This document shows, piece after piece, positions 47,870-60,624 of a stretch of DNA of 64,000 nucleotides. The notes beneath the pieces were generated by a model. It was not told where the DNA came from and ran no database searches. It worked only from the letters and a program-made list of their open reading frames with translations. Each line of letters starts with the position of its first letter. Positions within the stretch are counted from its first letter, which is position 1. The position numbers and the translations under genes were made by a program. Source of the stretch: Mobula birostris (Eukaryota); NCBI RefSeq assembly GCF_030028105.1, contig NC_092374.1, forward strand, positions 195,109,345-195,173,344, read 5' to 3'.

Positions 47870-49860
47870 CAGTGACCACAACTCCTTAAGTTTTGATACC
47901 ACTATGGACCTCACGGGAGAGTATTAAATTGAAACAGGGAAATTGAGAGAGCATTATGCAAGAACTAGGGAGGATTAATAGGGAACAACTGTTTTTGCGC
48001 AAGTACACATCTGACATGTGGAGGCTATTAAAAGACCAACTTCACAGAAAAGACCAACTTCACAGAAGGTCGCTTTCGGAATGGCAGGCGGTGACCAGTG
48101 GGGTACCGCAGGGTTCAGTGCTGGGACCGCAGCTGTTTACAATATACATTAATGATTTAGATGAAGGGATTAAAAGTAACATTAACAAATTTGCAGATGA
48201 CACAAAGCTGGGTGGCAGTGTGAAATGTGAGGAGGATGTTATGAGAATGCAGGGTGACTTGGACAGGCTGGGTGAGTGGGCGGATGCATGGCAGATGCAA
48301 TTTAATGTGGATAAATATGAGGTTAACCACTTTGGTGGTAAGAGCAGGAAGGCAGATTATTAACTAAATGGAGTCAAGTTCGGAAAAGGGGAAGTACAAC
48401 GAGATCTAGGTGTTTTTGTACATCAGTCACTGAAAGTAAGCATGCAGGTACAGCAGACAGTGAAGAAAACTAATGGCATGCTGGCCTTCATAACGAAGGG
48501 AATTGAGTATAGGAACAAAGAGGTCCTTCTGCAACTTTACAGTGCCCTGGTGAGACCACACCTGGAGTATTGTGTGCAGTTTTCGTCTCCAAATTTGAGA
48601 AAAGACACTCTTGCTATTGAGGGAGTGCAGCATAGGTTCACAAGGTTAATTCCCGGGATGGCGGGACTGTCATATGTTGAAAGATTGGAGCGACTGGGCT
48701 TGTATCCATTGGAATTTAGAAGGATGAGAGGGGATCTGATTGTAACGTATAAGATTATTAAGGGATTGGACACGCTGGAGGCAGGAAGCATGTTTCCGCT
48801 GATGGGTGAGTCCAGAACCAGAGTCCAGAATAAGGGGTAGGCCATTTAGAACGGAGTTGAGGAAAAACCTCTTCACCCAGAGAGTTGTGGATCTGTGGAA
48901 TGCTCTGCCTCAGAATGCAGTGGAGGCAAATTCTCTGGATGCTTTCAAGAAAGAGTTATATAGAGCTCTTATAGAGAGCGGAGTGAAGGGATATGGAGAT
49001 AAGGCAGGAACTGGATACTGATGTTGATGATCAGCCATGATCACAGTGAATGGCGGTGCTGTCTCGAAGGGCCGAATGGCCTACTCCTGCACCTAATGTC
49101 TATTGTCTATTGTCTATAATACAGGACAGTTATGCTTCAGTCAGGAGGAAGGACAATTATGGCAAGGTAAGAGAACCTTGGTTGTTGAGAGATGTGATGA
49201 ACTTAGTAAAAAAGAAAAAAAAGTATGTAAAGCTGAGGAAGCTAGAATCAAACAGAAAGCTTGTGGATTGTAAAGAAGCCGGAAGATAATTCAGGAAGGG
49301 AATTAGGGAAAGCCAGGCGGGATAATGAAAGGTTCTTAGGAGGTAGGATCAAAAAGAATCCTAAAGCATTCTATGCATACTTCAAGAGCAAGAGGATAAC
49401 TATGGAGAATGTAGGACTGCTCAAGGATAAAGACGGTGTTGGTACATTTTCTTGAATGCGGAGGATGTGGTTGAAGCCCTTAATGAATACTTTACATCAG
49501 TATTTACAAAGGAGAAGGATGTGGAAGAGAGGGAGATCAGTGCCGAGCATATTGATATGCCAGGACATTTTGACCAGAGAACTGTAGAACCATAGAACAC
49601 TACAGCACAGAAAACAGGCCATTCGGCCCTTATAGTCAGTGCCGAAACATTATTCCGCTAGTCCCATTATCCTGCACCCAGTCCATAATCCTCCAGACCT
49701 CTCCCATCCATGTACGTAAGGGGAAAAGTAGTGTCGGGACACTTAAAGAGCATTTAGGCGGATAGGTCTCCATGGCCTGATAGGACGTACCCCAGTGTCT
49801 TGAGGGAAGCAAGCTAAAGGATTTTATCAATATCTTCCTGTCCTCTCTAGCTAAAGGCGA
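47870..49860 (+). mobile_element. Composite of CR1 fragments (RT to tail 48070-49110, plus tether pieces)
   Basis: [23 protein letters not shown] (ORF 47956-48363), then ORFs 48442-48840 and 48806-49021. Confidence 0.85.
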
Positions 49861-49999
49861 GGTCCCGCAGGATTGGGTGGAGTGGGGCGGGTAGCTAATA
49901 TTCTTCCATTATATTATTACGGAACCAGGGTTAATCCTGTGAACAATCGCCGGGGGCGTCTCGTGTCCGTAGTAGGTAGTTACATGAGATAGAAATTCT

Positions 50000-50720
50000 A
50001 TCTTTAATATCCCTATTTACCCCGTTCAGGGACCTTCTGAAGACCCCTGACCTGGAGTTACACGCTGAATACGCTTCTTTACTGTCGGGGTTTCAGAACT
50101 GGCCGTTGTTCGGCACGCCAAGGTCTCGGCCTAAAAGTTCAGTTCGACTTTGGAGGCCTAGAATATCGGGGCTCTGGAGACACGGCGTCGGTGTTACGGC
50201 AGGAGACGCGTGTATCGCCGGGGGAGCCGGAAGATCTACGGCTGTATGCCCAGAGTCTCGGGATCTTTGGGCACAAAGCTCGAAAAAAGCGACATAACGG
50301 ACTTTCAATGTCGTAAACCAGCGAGTTGTTTGTTATGTCTTCTAGCTCGCTGTGAAACTTAGGCACATCTTTCTCCCTGAGAGAGAGCCTGCAGCATGTC
50401 GAATGCTCAGTGAACAATGTAGTCTTTGGGGTAACTGCAAATCGATGTCTTTGCTGTTGCTTTGCTCATGTTCGCTGCTGGGTGCAGATGCTTTTGTTTT
50501 GCCGGTGGAGGAAGGTGGGATCGTGCTTCCTGCCGCTTACTCGCGGGAGGGAGGGGAGCTGGGGGGGGGCGATCGTTAGTGTTCTAACACTTAAATGTTG
50601 TTCATTCTTTGGGGCACTCCACTGTGTTCGTAGATGTTAGCGAAGAAAAGGCATTTCAGGATGTATATTGTATGCATTTCTCTGACATCAACTGTAACTG
50701 AAAGCTTTGAATCCTTTGAG
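50000..50720 (+). mobile_element. GC-rich non-coding retroposon-like repeat, family unassigned
   Basis: CpG-rich block ending in TTTGAATCCTTTGA-like repeats, embedded between CR1 fragments. Assignment is by resemblance only. Confidence 0.35.
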
Positions 50721-53600
50721 AGAACTTTTAGGGATGACATTTATGAGTATCTGGCAAACTATTGTTTAATTAGGGAGAGCTAGCATTTCTTTGTGAGGGG
50801 CAAGAAGTGTCTTACAAACTTATTTTTTTTTGACAAAGTGACAAGGGTGACTGATGGAGGTAGATCTGTGAATGTTGTTTACATGGATACTATCAAGGGG
50901 CTTGACAAGCTTCTTGGTGGGAGGCTCATCCGGAAGTTTAAGATGGTGAATTATCTGCTTGGATTCAGAACTGGCTTGCACATGGAAGACAAAGAGTAGT
51001 GGGTGAATGGACTTATGCTAGCTTGAGCTCTGTTATTCATGGTGTTCTGCAGGGTTGTGTACTGGGATCTCTGTTGTTTATGGTGTATATAACTGACCTG
51101 GATAAAAGTATGCCGTAGATGTATGGCTAAGTAAATTTGAAGAAGGCAGGGAGATTGGTAGTTGTGTGGTACAGTAGTAGACTGTCAAAGAACACAACGG
51201 GATCTACATTAGTTGCAGATATGGGCGGAGATAATGGCAGCTGTATTTTAACCCAGCCAGTTGTGAAGTGTTGCACGTGGTAAGGCAAATATAAAGCAGA
51301 GGGATTGAAAAGTAGAGGCATCTTGGTGGTCCATGTTCATAGCTCCCTGAAAGCGGCAGAGAGGGTGGTTAAGAAGCAATATGGCATGCTTCCCTTTAGT
51401 TGTCTTGGAATTGAGCTAAAAACCCAGTTGAGTTTAAAACTCCAGTTAGGCCGCATCTGGAGTATTGCATACAGTTCTGCTCGTCCAATTTTCGGAAGGT
51501 TGTCGAGCCTTTTCAGAGGTTCACCAGGATGCTGACTGGATGAGAAATCTTGAGCTATAACAAGAGGATGTAATGTGTGAAGGAAGAGAAGTGAGTGCAG
51601 TTGTTATTACAAGGGAGAAGGTGCTCAAAAAGCTGATAGGTCTAAAGATACATAAGTCACATGGACCAGATGAACGGCACCCTAAGGTTCTAAAAGAGTT
51701 AGCGTTAGAGATCGCGGCAGCATTAGCAAAGATCTTCAAAAAAATCATTGGACTCCTGCATGGTGCCAGTGGGCTGGAAAATTGCAAATGTCATTCCGCT
51801 CTTTAGGAAATGAGAAAGGCAGCAGAAAGAAAAATATAGACCAGTAAGCCTGACCTCAGTGGTTTGGAAAATGTTGGAGTCAATTTTTTAGGATGGCATT
51901 ATGGAGTAATTTGTGACACAGGGCAAGAAAGTACAAAGAAAGCATGGTTTCCTTAACGGAAAATCCTGCCTCACGAACCTGCTGGAATTCTTTGAGGCGC
52001 TTACAAATAAGATAGTTAAAGGGGATGCAGTAGATGTTGTATATTTGGACTTTCAGAAGGCCTTTGACAAGGTGCCACACACGAAGCTGCTTACTAAGTT
52101 AGGAGCCTATGATATTGAAGGAAAATTACTTACATGCTTATAGCATTGGCTGATTGAGGCAGCGAGTGGAAATAAAAGGATCTTTGTCAGGATAGCTGGC
52201 AGCGATTAGCAGTGTTCAACAGGGGTTGGCGTTGGGACCGCTTCTTTTTGTGTTGTATGTCAATGATTCAGATGATGGAATAGAGGGCTTTGTAGCCAGG
52301 TTTGCAGATGATGCAAAAATTGGTTCAAGGGCAGGTAGTGTTAAGGAAACCTGTAGGCTGCAGAAAAACTTAGACAGATTAGAAGAATGGGCAAGAAAGT
52401 GGCAAATGCAATACATTGTTTGAAAATGCATAGCCATGCACTTTGGTAGTAGAAATAAATGTGCAGACTATTTTCTAAACGGTGGGAAAATCCAAAAAAA
52501 TGAGATACAAAGGGACTTGCGTGTCCTTGTGCAGAACACCTTAAAGGTTAACTTGCAGGTTGAGTCGATGCTCAGGAAGGCAACTGGAATGTGAGCATTC
52601 ATTTCAAGAGGCATTGAATAAAAGAGTGTGAAGCTGTGGTTTTACAAGGCACTGCTGAGGTCGCGCCTACAATATTGTGAACAGTTTTGAGCTCCTTATC
52701 TATGAAAAGATGTGCTGGCATTGGAGAGTACCAGAGGCAGTTCACAAGGATAATTAGGGGAACGAAATGGTTATCAAACGAGGAATTGTCTGATAGATCT
52801 GGGTCTCTGCTGGCTGGAATTTAGAAGTATGTTGCGGAGGCGTGGTGTCTCATTGAAACCCTTCGAATGTTGAAAGGCCTTGATCGAATAGATGTGGAAA
52901 AGATGATGCCCATGGTGGGGGACTCTTGGACAACAGGGCACGACCTGGGGATAGAGGGGCGCCCCTTTATAACACAGATAGGGAGAAATGTCTTTAGCCA
53001 CAGGGTGCTGAATTTGTGGAATTTGTTACCACGGCTGCTGTGGAAGACAGATCATTGGGGGTATTTAAGGCAGAGGTTGATCGGTTCTTGATCGGACACT
53101 GCATCAAAGGTTACGGGGAGAAGTCCGGGAAATGGGGTTGAGAAGGGGAAATAAAACAGTAGAAATGACTGAATGGAGGAGTAGAATTGATGGGCCAAAT
53201 AGCCTAATTATGCTCCTATGTCTTACAGTCTTATGGTCTAAATTTGGGGTGATTTTTGTGAAGCAGCGAAGCCTGAGGAGAAATATGATAGAGGTTTTTA
53301 AGATTATGGGACGCATAGATTGAGTGGACAAATTTTTTTTCCAAACGTTGAAATATCTAAGACCAGAATGTCTGCTTTTACCGTGAGAGGGGTTAATGTC
53401 AAGAGAGATCTGGAGGGCAAGTTTTTTTTTACAAAGATTGCCGGATGCTTGGAATACGCTGCATGCTACGATGGCAGACGTAGAAGCATTGGAAACATTT
53501 AGATAGACATATGAGCGTGAGAATTACATTAGCATATGGATAGACATTATGTAGGCAGAACAGATTAGTTTAGTTAGCCATTTGACTACTAATTTATTTG
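50720..53600 (+). mobile_element. Chain of decayed CR1 RT/3' fragments
   Basis: ORFs 50793-50999, 51913-52143 ([12 protein letters not shown]), 52226-52423 (FADDAK) and 52867-53091. Confidence 0.8.
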
Positions 53601-53774
53601 GTTCAGCATAACCCTCATCCTCTTCTATATTGTTCTATGTTCTATGACTCATTTCGTTTCCAATTTCAATTAACAAGGGTATGGCAGCAATCATGCCGCT
53701 AGCTCACAGCTTCGTGAAAAGTGGTTCAATTCTGAATTTAGGAGCTGCCTGTGTGGAGCTTGGATGTCGCTCCG

Positions 53775-54030
53775 ATAATCCACGGGCGGTACGGCAGCAT
53801 AGCGGTTAGCATAACGCTATCAAAGCGCCGCGACGCAGGTTTGATTCACGCCGCTCTCTGTAAGAGGCTTTACGTTCTCCCAGTCACCGAGTGGGATTCT
53901 TCAGGGTGTACCAGTTTCCTCCCATATTCCTTGGATTATGGTTTAGTTGGTCACTTGGGTGTAATTGGGCAGCGCGTTCTTGTTTTGCCGGAAGGACGTG
54001 TTACCGTGCTGTATGAAATAAATAACCAAA
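53775..54030 (+). mobile_element. V-SINE copy
   Basis: Head GCATAGCGGTTAGC and core CCAGTTTCCTCCCA, homologous to 42936-43170. Confidence 0.7.
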
Positions 54031-54794
54031 TGTGTCTTCGGTTTTCCTCCCACATAGCAAGAACCTGTTGATTAGTGACTCTGAGTAGAAGGGGAATTTT
54101 ACCGGTTGCGGAGCGGTAGGCAAATGGGGAGTGTAGGAGATGCTCTTTTGATATGTTTGCTCTGTTGGGTGTTGAAATCTATCCCGTAGGCCGAACGGTC
54201 TCCTTTTGTAACGTAATAAAGGTGTAACTCAACCCTCCCACAGTGACGCTTTCTATTTAGCTGTTATAAGTGGGCAGGATTGTTTTAATTTATCTCTTTT
54301 GCCATGGGTGGTATCCTGGGAAAAATCGGTTAGATGATATATGTGTGTTAACAAAATTACTTAGAGGATTCGCCGCCAGCTTCGAAACATTTCAATCTGT
54401 CATGACGACCACAAGCCAACAAACAATAGCCTTTTTCTGTCACTGTATTACTGCTCTCTCTTACACAAGTTTGGCATAACGGGCTAAAAAGAGTTGCTGA
54501 GATTGTATCATGAGCTGCTTCATATAACCTGCTTGTTGGGCCTCTGAAGAACAACTTTGTATAGTGGGTTCGGACACAACCCATCATGATCTAGAACAGT
54601 AAATGTATTGCTTTTTATCAAACACCAAGCTAACAGGTACAGTGTCTTAATTTGATGTGTCTGGAGCCAAGGACCTTGGATCAGTCTAAAACATCAACTA
54701 TTTCTTTTTATAGCTCAATAATTCTCACATACAATGGCAAGTAATCACAGAGTAAAAACGTGATCAAAAACTTTAATTTTAACTAGATACTTAC

Positions 54795-54826
54795 CTTAGG
54801 CACAACTTGGGCTGTGGATTCTTTAT
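54795..54826 (-). CDS. 32-bp cytoplasmic exon of the inhibitory receptor (phase 1 to 0; KESTAQVVPK)
   Basis: Acceptor GTTTTATAG| and strong donor AAG|GTAAGT, in a unique AT-rich island. It converts phase 1 to the phase 0 needed by the terminal exon. Confidence 0.7.
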
Positions 54827-55445
54827 CTATAAAACATTTCAAACAAATAGTATTTTTTTTATCGAATCCACAAATAAAATGAGAAAAAAATTAAATCCTA
54901 GTTCCGTAACTATGAGAGCAAAATATGCTTATTCGTTAACATACCTGAACTTTTATAAAATTAAACTTTTTTCCAGTGTCAATATGATGCTTTGCGCAAA
55001 GTATCTGCATTAACTAATAAAACATTGAAACCGACTCTCGAATTCGATAATTGGATATCCTACGATTAATTAAATTTGACATTAAGATAATTAGTGGGGG
55101 GGGGGGGGTTTACACATTTTCTACCTCCTGTATTTCTTTCTCTTCCTCGACGATCAGAACTAATACTCCTCCTCCTTCCCTTTAAGAACCTTCTCAAAAT
55201 CTATAGTCTTTTTTTTAGGGGCAAACAAGTAGGCGAAAAGTGTGCTAATATTTTATAAAACAAAATCCGTGTTTTTTCAACTTCAGATTCGTGCAATATA
55301 CAGAAGTCGTGTAATACATTTCATTTTCTTGAATAAACTTTTGCATAAAATACGGGCGTTCTTCTGTTATTGACCAAACTGACGGACATTTAGCAATGAC
55401 AACTGTACATCTGGTGCTCGATGATATTAATATTAATCCGCTTAC

Positions 55446-55499
55446 TGAATACAGAGTTATATCTGTCAGGGTACGGTAGACTCCCTTCATTTCTGTGTA
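55446..55499 (-). CDS. 54-bp cytoplasmic exon of the inhibitory receptor (phase 1 to 1; VHRNEGSLPYPDRYNSVF)
   Basis: Acceptor CTGTCCTCCAG| and donor TCA|GTAAGC. Open in the frame set by the TM exon. Confidence 0.6.
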
Positions 55500-55819
55500 C
55501 TGGAGGACAGCAACTGTGATCTACTCTGTTTTTAAGGATAGACAGAGTAAGGACATGACTGACCCGTCGGCATCAGGTAAAACACAGAATACACCAATGG
55601 AGCGCATAGGAAAAAATAAAACAGACAGCACAGGTTGATGTAAAGAAGATCTCGTTTAACTAATCTGCTAAAACCTGTGGAGCCAATTAATGTGATGGCT
55701 TTAGATTTTTAAAAGGGTTCCCATGAAATCCCATACAGGAAGCTGATTAGAAAAACGGAACTTAGTGTAATATACTGGAATAGACTTGTTATCGGATCGA
55801 AAACAAAGAGTAGAAAGAC

Positions 55820-56870
55820 GTACTGTAGATCTGCTCCGCCATTCAATCATGGCTGATCATTTTCCCCGTTCCTCAGCCCCACACCCCGACGTCTCCCTGT
55901 AACTTTTGATGCCATGACTAATCAAGAATCAATTAAGCTCTGCTTTAAATACACTCTACGACCTGGCCTCTACAGTTGCCTGTGTTAATAGCTTCCACAA
56001 ATTCACCACCCTCTGGTTAAATAAATTTATCCGCATCACTGATTTAAATGGACACCCCTCTATGTGCTCTCTTGTCCTCGACTCCCCCCACCATGGGATA
56101 CATATTTCCCTCATCTATCCTGTCTAGGCCTTTCAACATTCGAAAGGTTTCAATGAGATACCTCCTCCACCAATCCTTCTAAATTTCAGCGAGTACAGAG
56201 GGAACACAGACTGCAGAGGGACTTAGGAGTCGTCGTGCAGGACTCCCAGAACGTTAAATTACAAGTTGAGTCTGTAGTAAAGAAGGCAAATGCAATGTTG
56301 GAATTTATTTCAAGGGGAATAGAGGATTATTGCAAGGAGATAATACTGAGCCTTTATAAGGCAATAGTCAAGCTGAACTTAGAGTATTGTCAACGGTTTT
56401 GGGAACCGTATCTCAGAAAGTATGTCATATCATTGGAGAGAGTCAAAGGAGGTTCTCGAAAATGGTTGCGGGAATGAAAGGGTTAACATATGAGGAACGT
56501 TTGGCAGCTTTATGCCTGCACTCACTGTAATTTACAAGAATGCGAGGGTTATCATTGAAATCTGTGATATGGTGAGGATGTATGTTATGGTGGGAATATC
56601 CAGAACTGGAAGGCACAGCCTCAAAAGTGATGGACGACCCTTTAGAACAGAGGTAAGGAGGGTTTTTCTCAGCCAGAGTGTATCTGTGGAATGCTCTGCC
56701 CCAGACTGCGATGGAGGCCAAGTCCGTGCATATATTTAAGGTCAAGGCACCAAAGGATATGGCGAGAAGGCAGGTGTACAGGGTTGAGTGGGATCCGGAA
56801 TCAGCCATGATGTAATGGCGAGACAGAGTCGATGGGCTGAATGGCCTATTCTGCTCCTATGTCATGGTCT
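55820..56870. mobile_element. Back-to-back CR1 3' fragments (minus 55820-56197, plus 56198-56870)
   Basis: Both halves show CR1 C-terminal and tail sequence in opposite orientations (ORFs 56235-56477 and 56512-56739). Confidence 0.75.
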
Positions 56871-56879
56871 TATATCTAT

Positions 56880-58290
56880 GAGGAGAGATTGAGTTGCCTG
56901 GGACTATACTCTCTGGAATTCTGAACAATGAGAGAGGATCTTATAGAAACATACAAAATTTTGAAAGGGATACATAAGATATAAGTAGGAAAGTTGTATC
57001 CACTGGTAGGTGAGACTAGAACTAGGGGACATTGCCTCAAGATTCAGGGGAGAAGATTTAGGACGGAGATGAGGAGAAACTGTTTTTCCCAGTGTTATGG
57101 TCTGGACCATTGACTCCTCATTTCAGTTAATTTCCTTTTCCCCGTGTTCCACTGGGCTCCTTGATTAGGGCACTTGACCCGCATTCGAACGGGTCAGCAT
57201 AAAAACTCCGGCTTACGTCTAGTCATTGCTGGACCATTACCGGAAGACAGTCCGGCAATGCAGGTTCCGGCTGTCGAGAAGTCTGGACCGTCAGCTGAGC
57301 GAGTGCGGTAATGCACGTTCTGGGCCACCAGGAGTCGTGCATTCTGCCTTTGTGCCTAGGCTGCTTTGAGACTTCTGTCGTTTTCGTGTCCTGCTGAGTG
57401 TTTCTGGCCAGTTGCCCCCGCTTCGAGTGAAGATGCTGGTTTTCTGCCGAGGTTTGGTTTAGTTGTCTCGTTTCCAGCTGACCGTGTCCGGCCGTTTGCC
57501 ACCGCTCCGAGTTGGGAATTCTGCTCCTCGTGTCCAGTGGAGTGATTGCCGGCCGTTTGCCGCTTCATGAGCTACTCTGTGTCAAGATTCGAACTATCTG
57601 TTGTTGTTTGGTTTAGTCGTCTCGTTTCTAGCTGAGTAGGTTCGGCCGTTTGCCGCTACTTCGAGTTGGGAATCCTGTCTCTCCATGTCCGAGTCCAAGT
57701 GGTGTCCATATCCGAGTCCAAGTGGTATCCAAGTCCGAGTCCAAGTGGTGTCCAAGTCCGAGTCCAAGTCTAAATCCAGGCTCCGTGTCCGAGTCCAAGT
57801 CCAAGTCCAGGTTTCTGTATCTGCTTCCGAGTCCAAGTCCGGGTTCTGCGTCCGAATCCAGACTCCATGGCCAAGTCCAAGTTCAGGTTGCTCTGGTCTG
57901 TTGTCCAAAGTTTACGTTCATGTAAGCGTCTAATCCTCGCTCTCCGGCTTTCCTGGCAACTACTAATAAACACACTTCTGTTAATGCTACTTCCGTGCCT
58001 GTGTCCAGCTCTTGGGTCCACTTCCAACGCCCCCATGCAACACCCAGAGTGTGGTGAATCTGTGGAATTCTCTGCACTGGGAAGCAGTTGAGGCTTCTTC
58101 ACTAAATATATTTAAGATACAGTTAGATAGATTTTTACATAATATGAGAATCAAGGGTTATGGGGAAAAGGCAGGTAGATGGAGCTGAGTTTATGGACAG
58201 ACTCTTATTGAATGCGGGGCAGGCTCGATGGGCCGGATGACCTACTCCTGCTCCTATTTCTTATGTTCCTATGTCCTTATGGTCTTATGG
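56880..58290 (+). mobile_element. CR1 3' fragment split by a solo LTR
   Basis: CR1 sequence ..AAACTGTTTTTCCCAG stops at 57092 and resumes at 58043 as CCCAGAGTGTGGTGAATCTGTGG. Confidence 0.85.
57093..58042 (+). mobile_element. Solo LTR (950 bp) with 5-bp TSD
   Basis: Termini TGTT...AACA and TSD CCCAG (57088-57092, 58043-58047). TATA-like CATAAAA at about 57198, AATAAA at 57965-57970, internal GTCCGAGTCCAAGT tandem array. Confidence 0.85.
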
Positions 58291-58299
58291 TCTGCAGCC

Positions 58300-59190
58300 C
58301 TAGAGCTAACAAGCGTACCTTTCATTCCCGGAATCATCCTTTAAAACACCTCTTCTGAACCCTCTCCAATGCCAGCTCTTATTTCTTATATGAGGAGCCA
58401 AAATCTGCTCATGATACTGAAGGTGAAGCCTCACCAGTGCCTTATAAAGCCTCAGCATCACATCCCTGCTCATGTATTCTAGACCTCTTGAAATGAATGC
58501 TAACATTGGATTTGCCTTTCTCATCACCAACACAACCTGCAAGTTAACCTCAAGTCCGTTTACATCTCAGATTTTTGGATTTTTACCCGTGTAGAAAATA
58601 GTCTGCACATTTATTTCTACTATCAAAGTGCATGCCCATGCATTTTCCAACATTGCATTCCAGTTGAGAGTCTTTTGCTCATTCCCCTAATCTGTTGAAT
58701 TCCTTCTGCAGCCTACCTGTTTCCTCAAAGCTATCTGCCCCTCCACCAATCTTCGTGTCCTTTGCAAACTTGGCAACAAAGCCATCTATTCCGTCATCTA
58801 AATCATTGATATACAACTTAAAAAGAAGCAGCCCTGATACCGACCCCTGCAGAACACCAGTAATTCACTGGCAGCCAGCCAGAAAATGATCGTTTTATTC
58901 CCACACGCTGCCTCCTTCCAATCAGCCAATAGTTTATCCACGCTAGTAACTTTTCCGTAATACAGTAGGCTCTTAACTTGGTAAGCAGCCCCATGTGTGG
59001 CACCTTGGCAAAGGCATTCTGAGTCCAAATATACAACATCCACTGAATCCTCTTTATCTATCCTACGGGTAATCCCAAAAAATTCCAATAGGTTCGTCAG
59101 GTCAGATGTTCCCTTAAGGAAATAATGCTAACTCTGCCCTACCTTGTCTTGTGTCACCAAGTATTCCATAACCTCATTCTTGACATCCAT
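58300..59190 (-). mobile_element. CR1 RT/3' fragments
   Basis: ORFs 58306-58542, 58798-59088 and 58818-59039. Confidence 0.8.
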
Positions 59191-59478
59191 AATATTATTC
59201 ATTCGACGTGAGTCTCCGGAATTCATTACTCCAGGGAGCTCTGGAGCCTAACTCGCTGAAAGCATTTTAATGTAATGGCAGATAAAGTTTTGAAAGAGTT
59301 CTGAATTTTTTTAAAGAGGCAGTGAGGATCTGAAACCAAGTAGGAAGGTCTGGATTGATTATTCTAAATGGTCAAGTATAGATCAACTGTAATCATATCG
59401 AAGGATCGTGATTACCTGAGGGCCCAAGTGGCCAGCTTTCCTTTCTGTTATGCGGACTAGGAGTAAATCTGTAATTAC

Positions 59479-59619
59479 CTGTCGATCGGGCACAACGTTT
59501 CCTGTAAATGATGATGATGATCAGCGCCAGGGCGAGGAGCACAGAAACCAGGAGTGGAGACACATACAAGACGATTTTCCTTTCGTTCGGAAACAATCCC
59601 TTGTCATGACCAACCACTG
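59479..59619 (-). CDS. Transmembrane exon of the inhibitory type-I receptor
   Basis: Tandem acceptor CAG|CAG (exon start 59619 or 59616) and donor CAG|GTAATT, phase 1-1. Encodes VVGHDKGLFPNERKIVLYVSPLLVSVLLALALIIIIIYRKRCARST: an uncharged TM followed by an RKR stop-transfer signal. Confidence 0.82.
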
Positions 59620-60624
59620 CTGATGAATAGAATTATATCGGTTAACTTCCCTTCTCGTTTACCGTTCTTACATTGATTGATAGTTTTGACCCAAGGTTTA
59701 GTTGAAAATCCTAAATGGCAACGCTGACTATTCTGCGTTGCTCCAAAATGATGAATAAGTAGACTGGAGGTAACATTTGACTATGTCTATATTTTTCTGC
59801 CTGATAGCTTTCGTTATAATTTGGGTGGGTGTAAACCTCTTCCACAAATTATAGATTGAAAATGTTGAACAGATAAAACCACAAGAGTATCTTGCATGTG
59901 GGATTCATTTCTAAAAGCAAACACGGAGGTGGAGGTAGGGCGAGGTAAGAAAGCATTCATATATAGTCTTTGTCTGAAATGGAAAAATAAAACTAGTACA
60001 TGCTGAAACTTCAAGGTAGAACGGGCAGCGTTCTGTGGTGAGACAAACTGAACGGATGGTTCATTAAGAACTTTGTAATCAACGGTTATCACCATTAACT
60101 GGTGAAGAACTTCTGCCACATTGTTAATCGGACAGCAGTACTTTCTTAGTGATGGAAGATGGGACGAACGAGGATTGTTTTCTCCAGAAGGAAAAGGCTG
60201 AGGAATGGAGGCTGTAATATCAAAGTTCAATGTAAACTTATTATCGAAGTATGTACATGTCACCATATTTTACGCAGAGTTTCATTTTCTTGCTGGCATT
60301 TGCAGTAGAACAAAGTCATACAATGTAATAAATGAATAGCAACACATAAAGACTGTCAAACAACCAAAGTGCAACAGAAGACAAACCGTACAAATACAAA
60401 AAAGACTGATAATAATAAATAAGTAAATCAATAATATAGAGAACGTGTTGTAGAGTAATTGAAAGTGTAGCCGTATATAACCATGTGATTCACTTTCTTG
60501 TGGGCATATTTGATAAATAGATGATGAATAATAACTATAATAGAATTAGCAGAAGACCCCACGAAATTGGCTTTCAACCAGTGTGAAAAAGACAACAAAT
60601 TGTGCAAATGCAAAAAGAAAGGAA

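Noticed and set aside
57687-57890. ORFs 57594-57908, 57650-57925 and 57685-57933 with SESK/TWTRT repeats
   Set aside because: Translation of a tandem array within the LTR. It is open in several frames because the unit lacks stops.
59814-60266. 150-aa ORF upstream of the TM exon as an ectodomain exon
   Set aside because: No Ig hallmarks (no C..W..C pattern) and no convincing phase-1 splice sites. It begins within a repeat-derived sequence.
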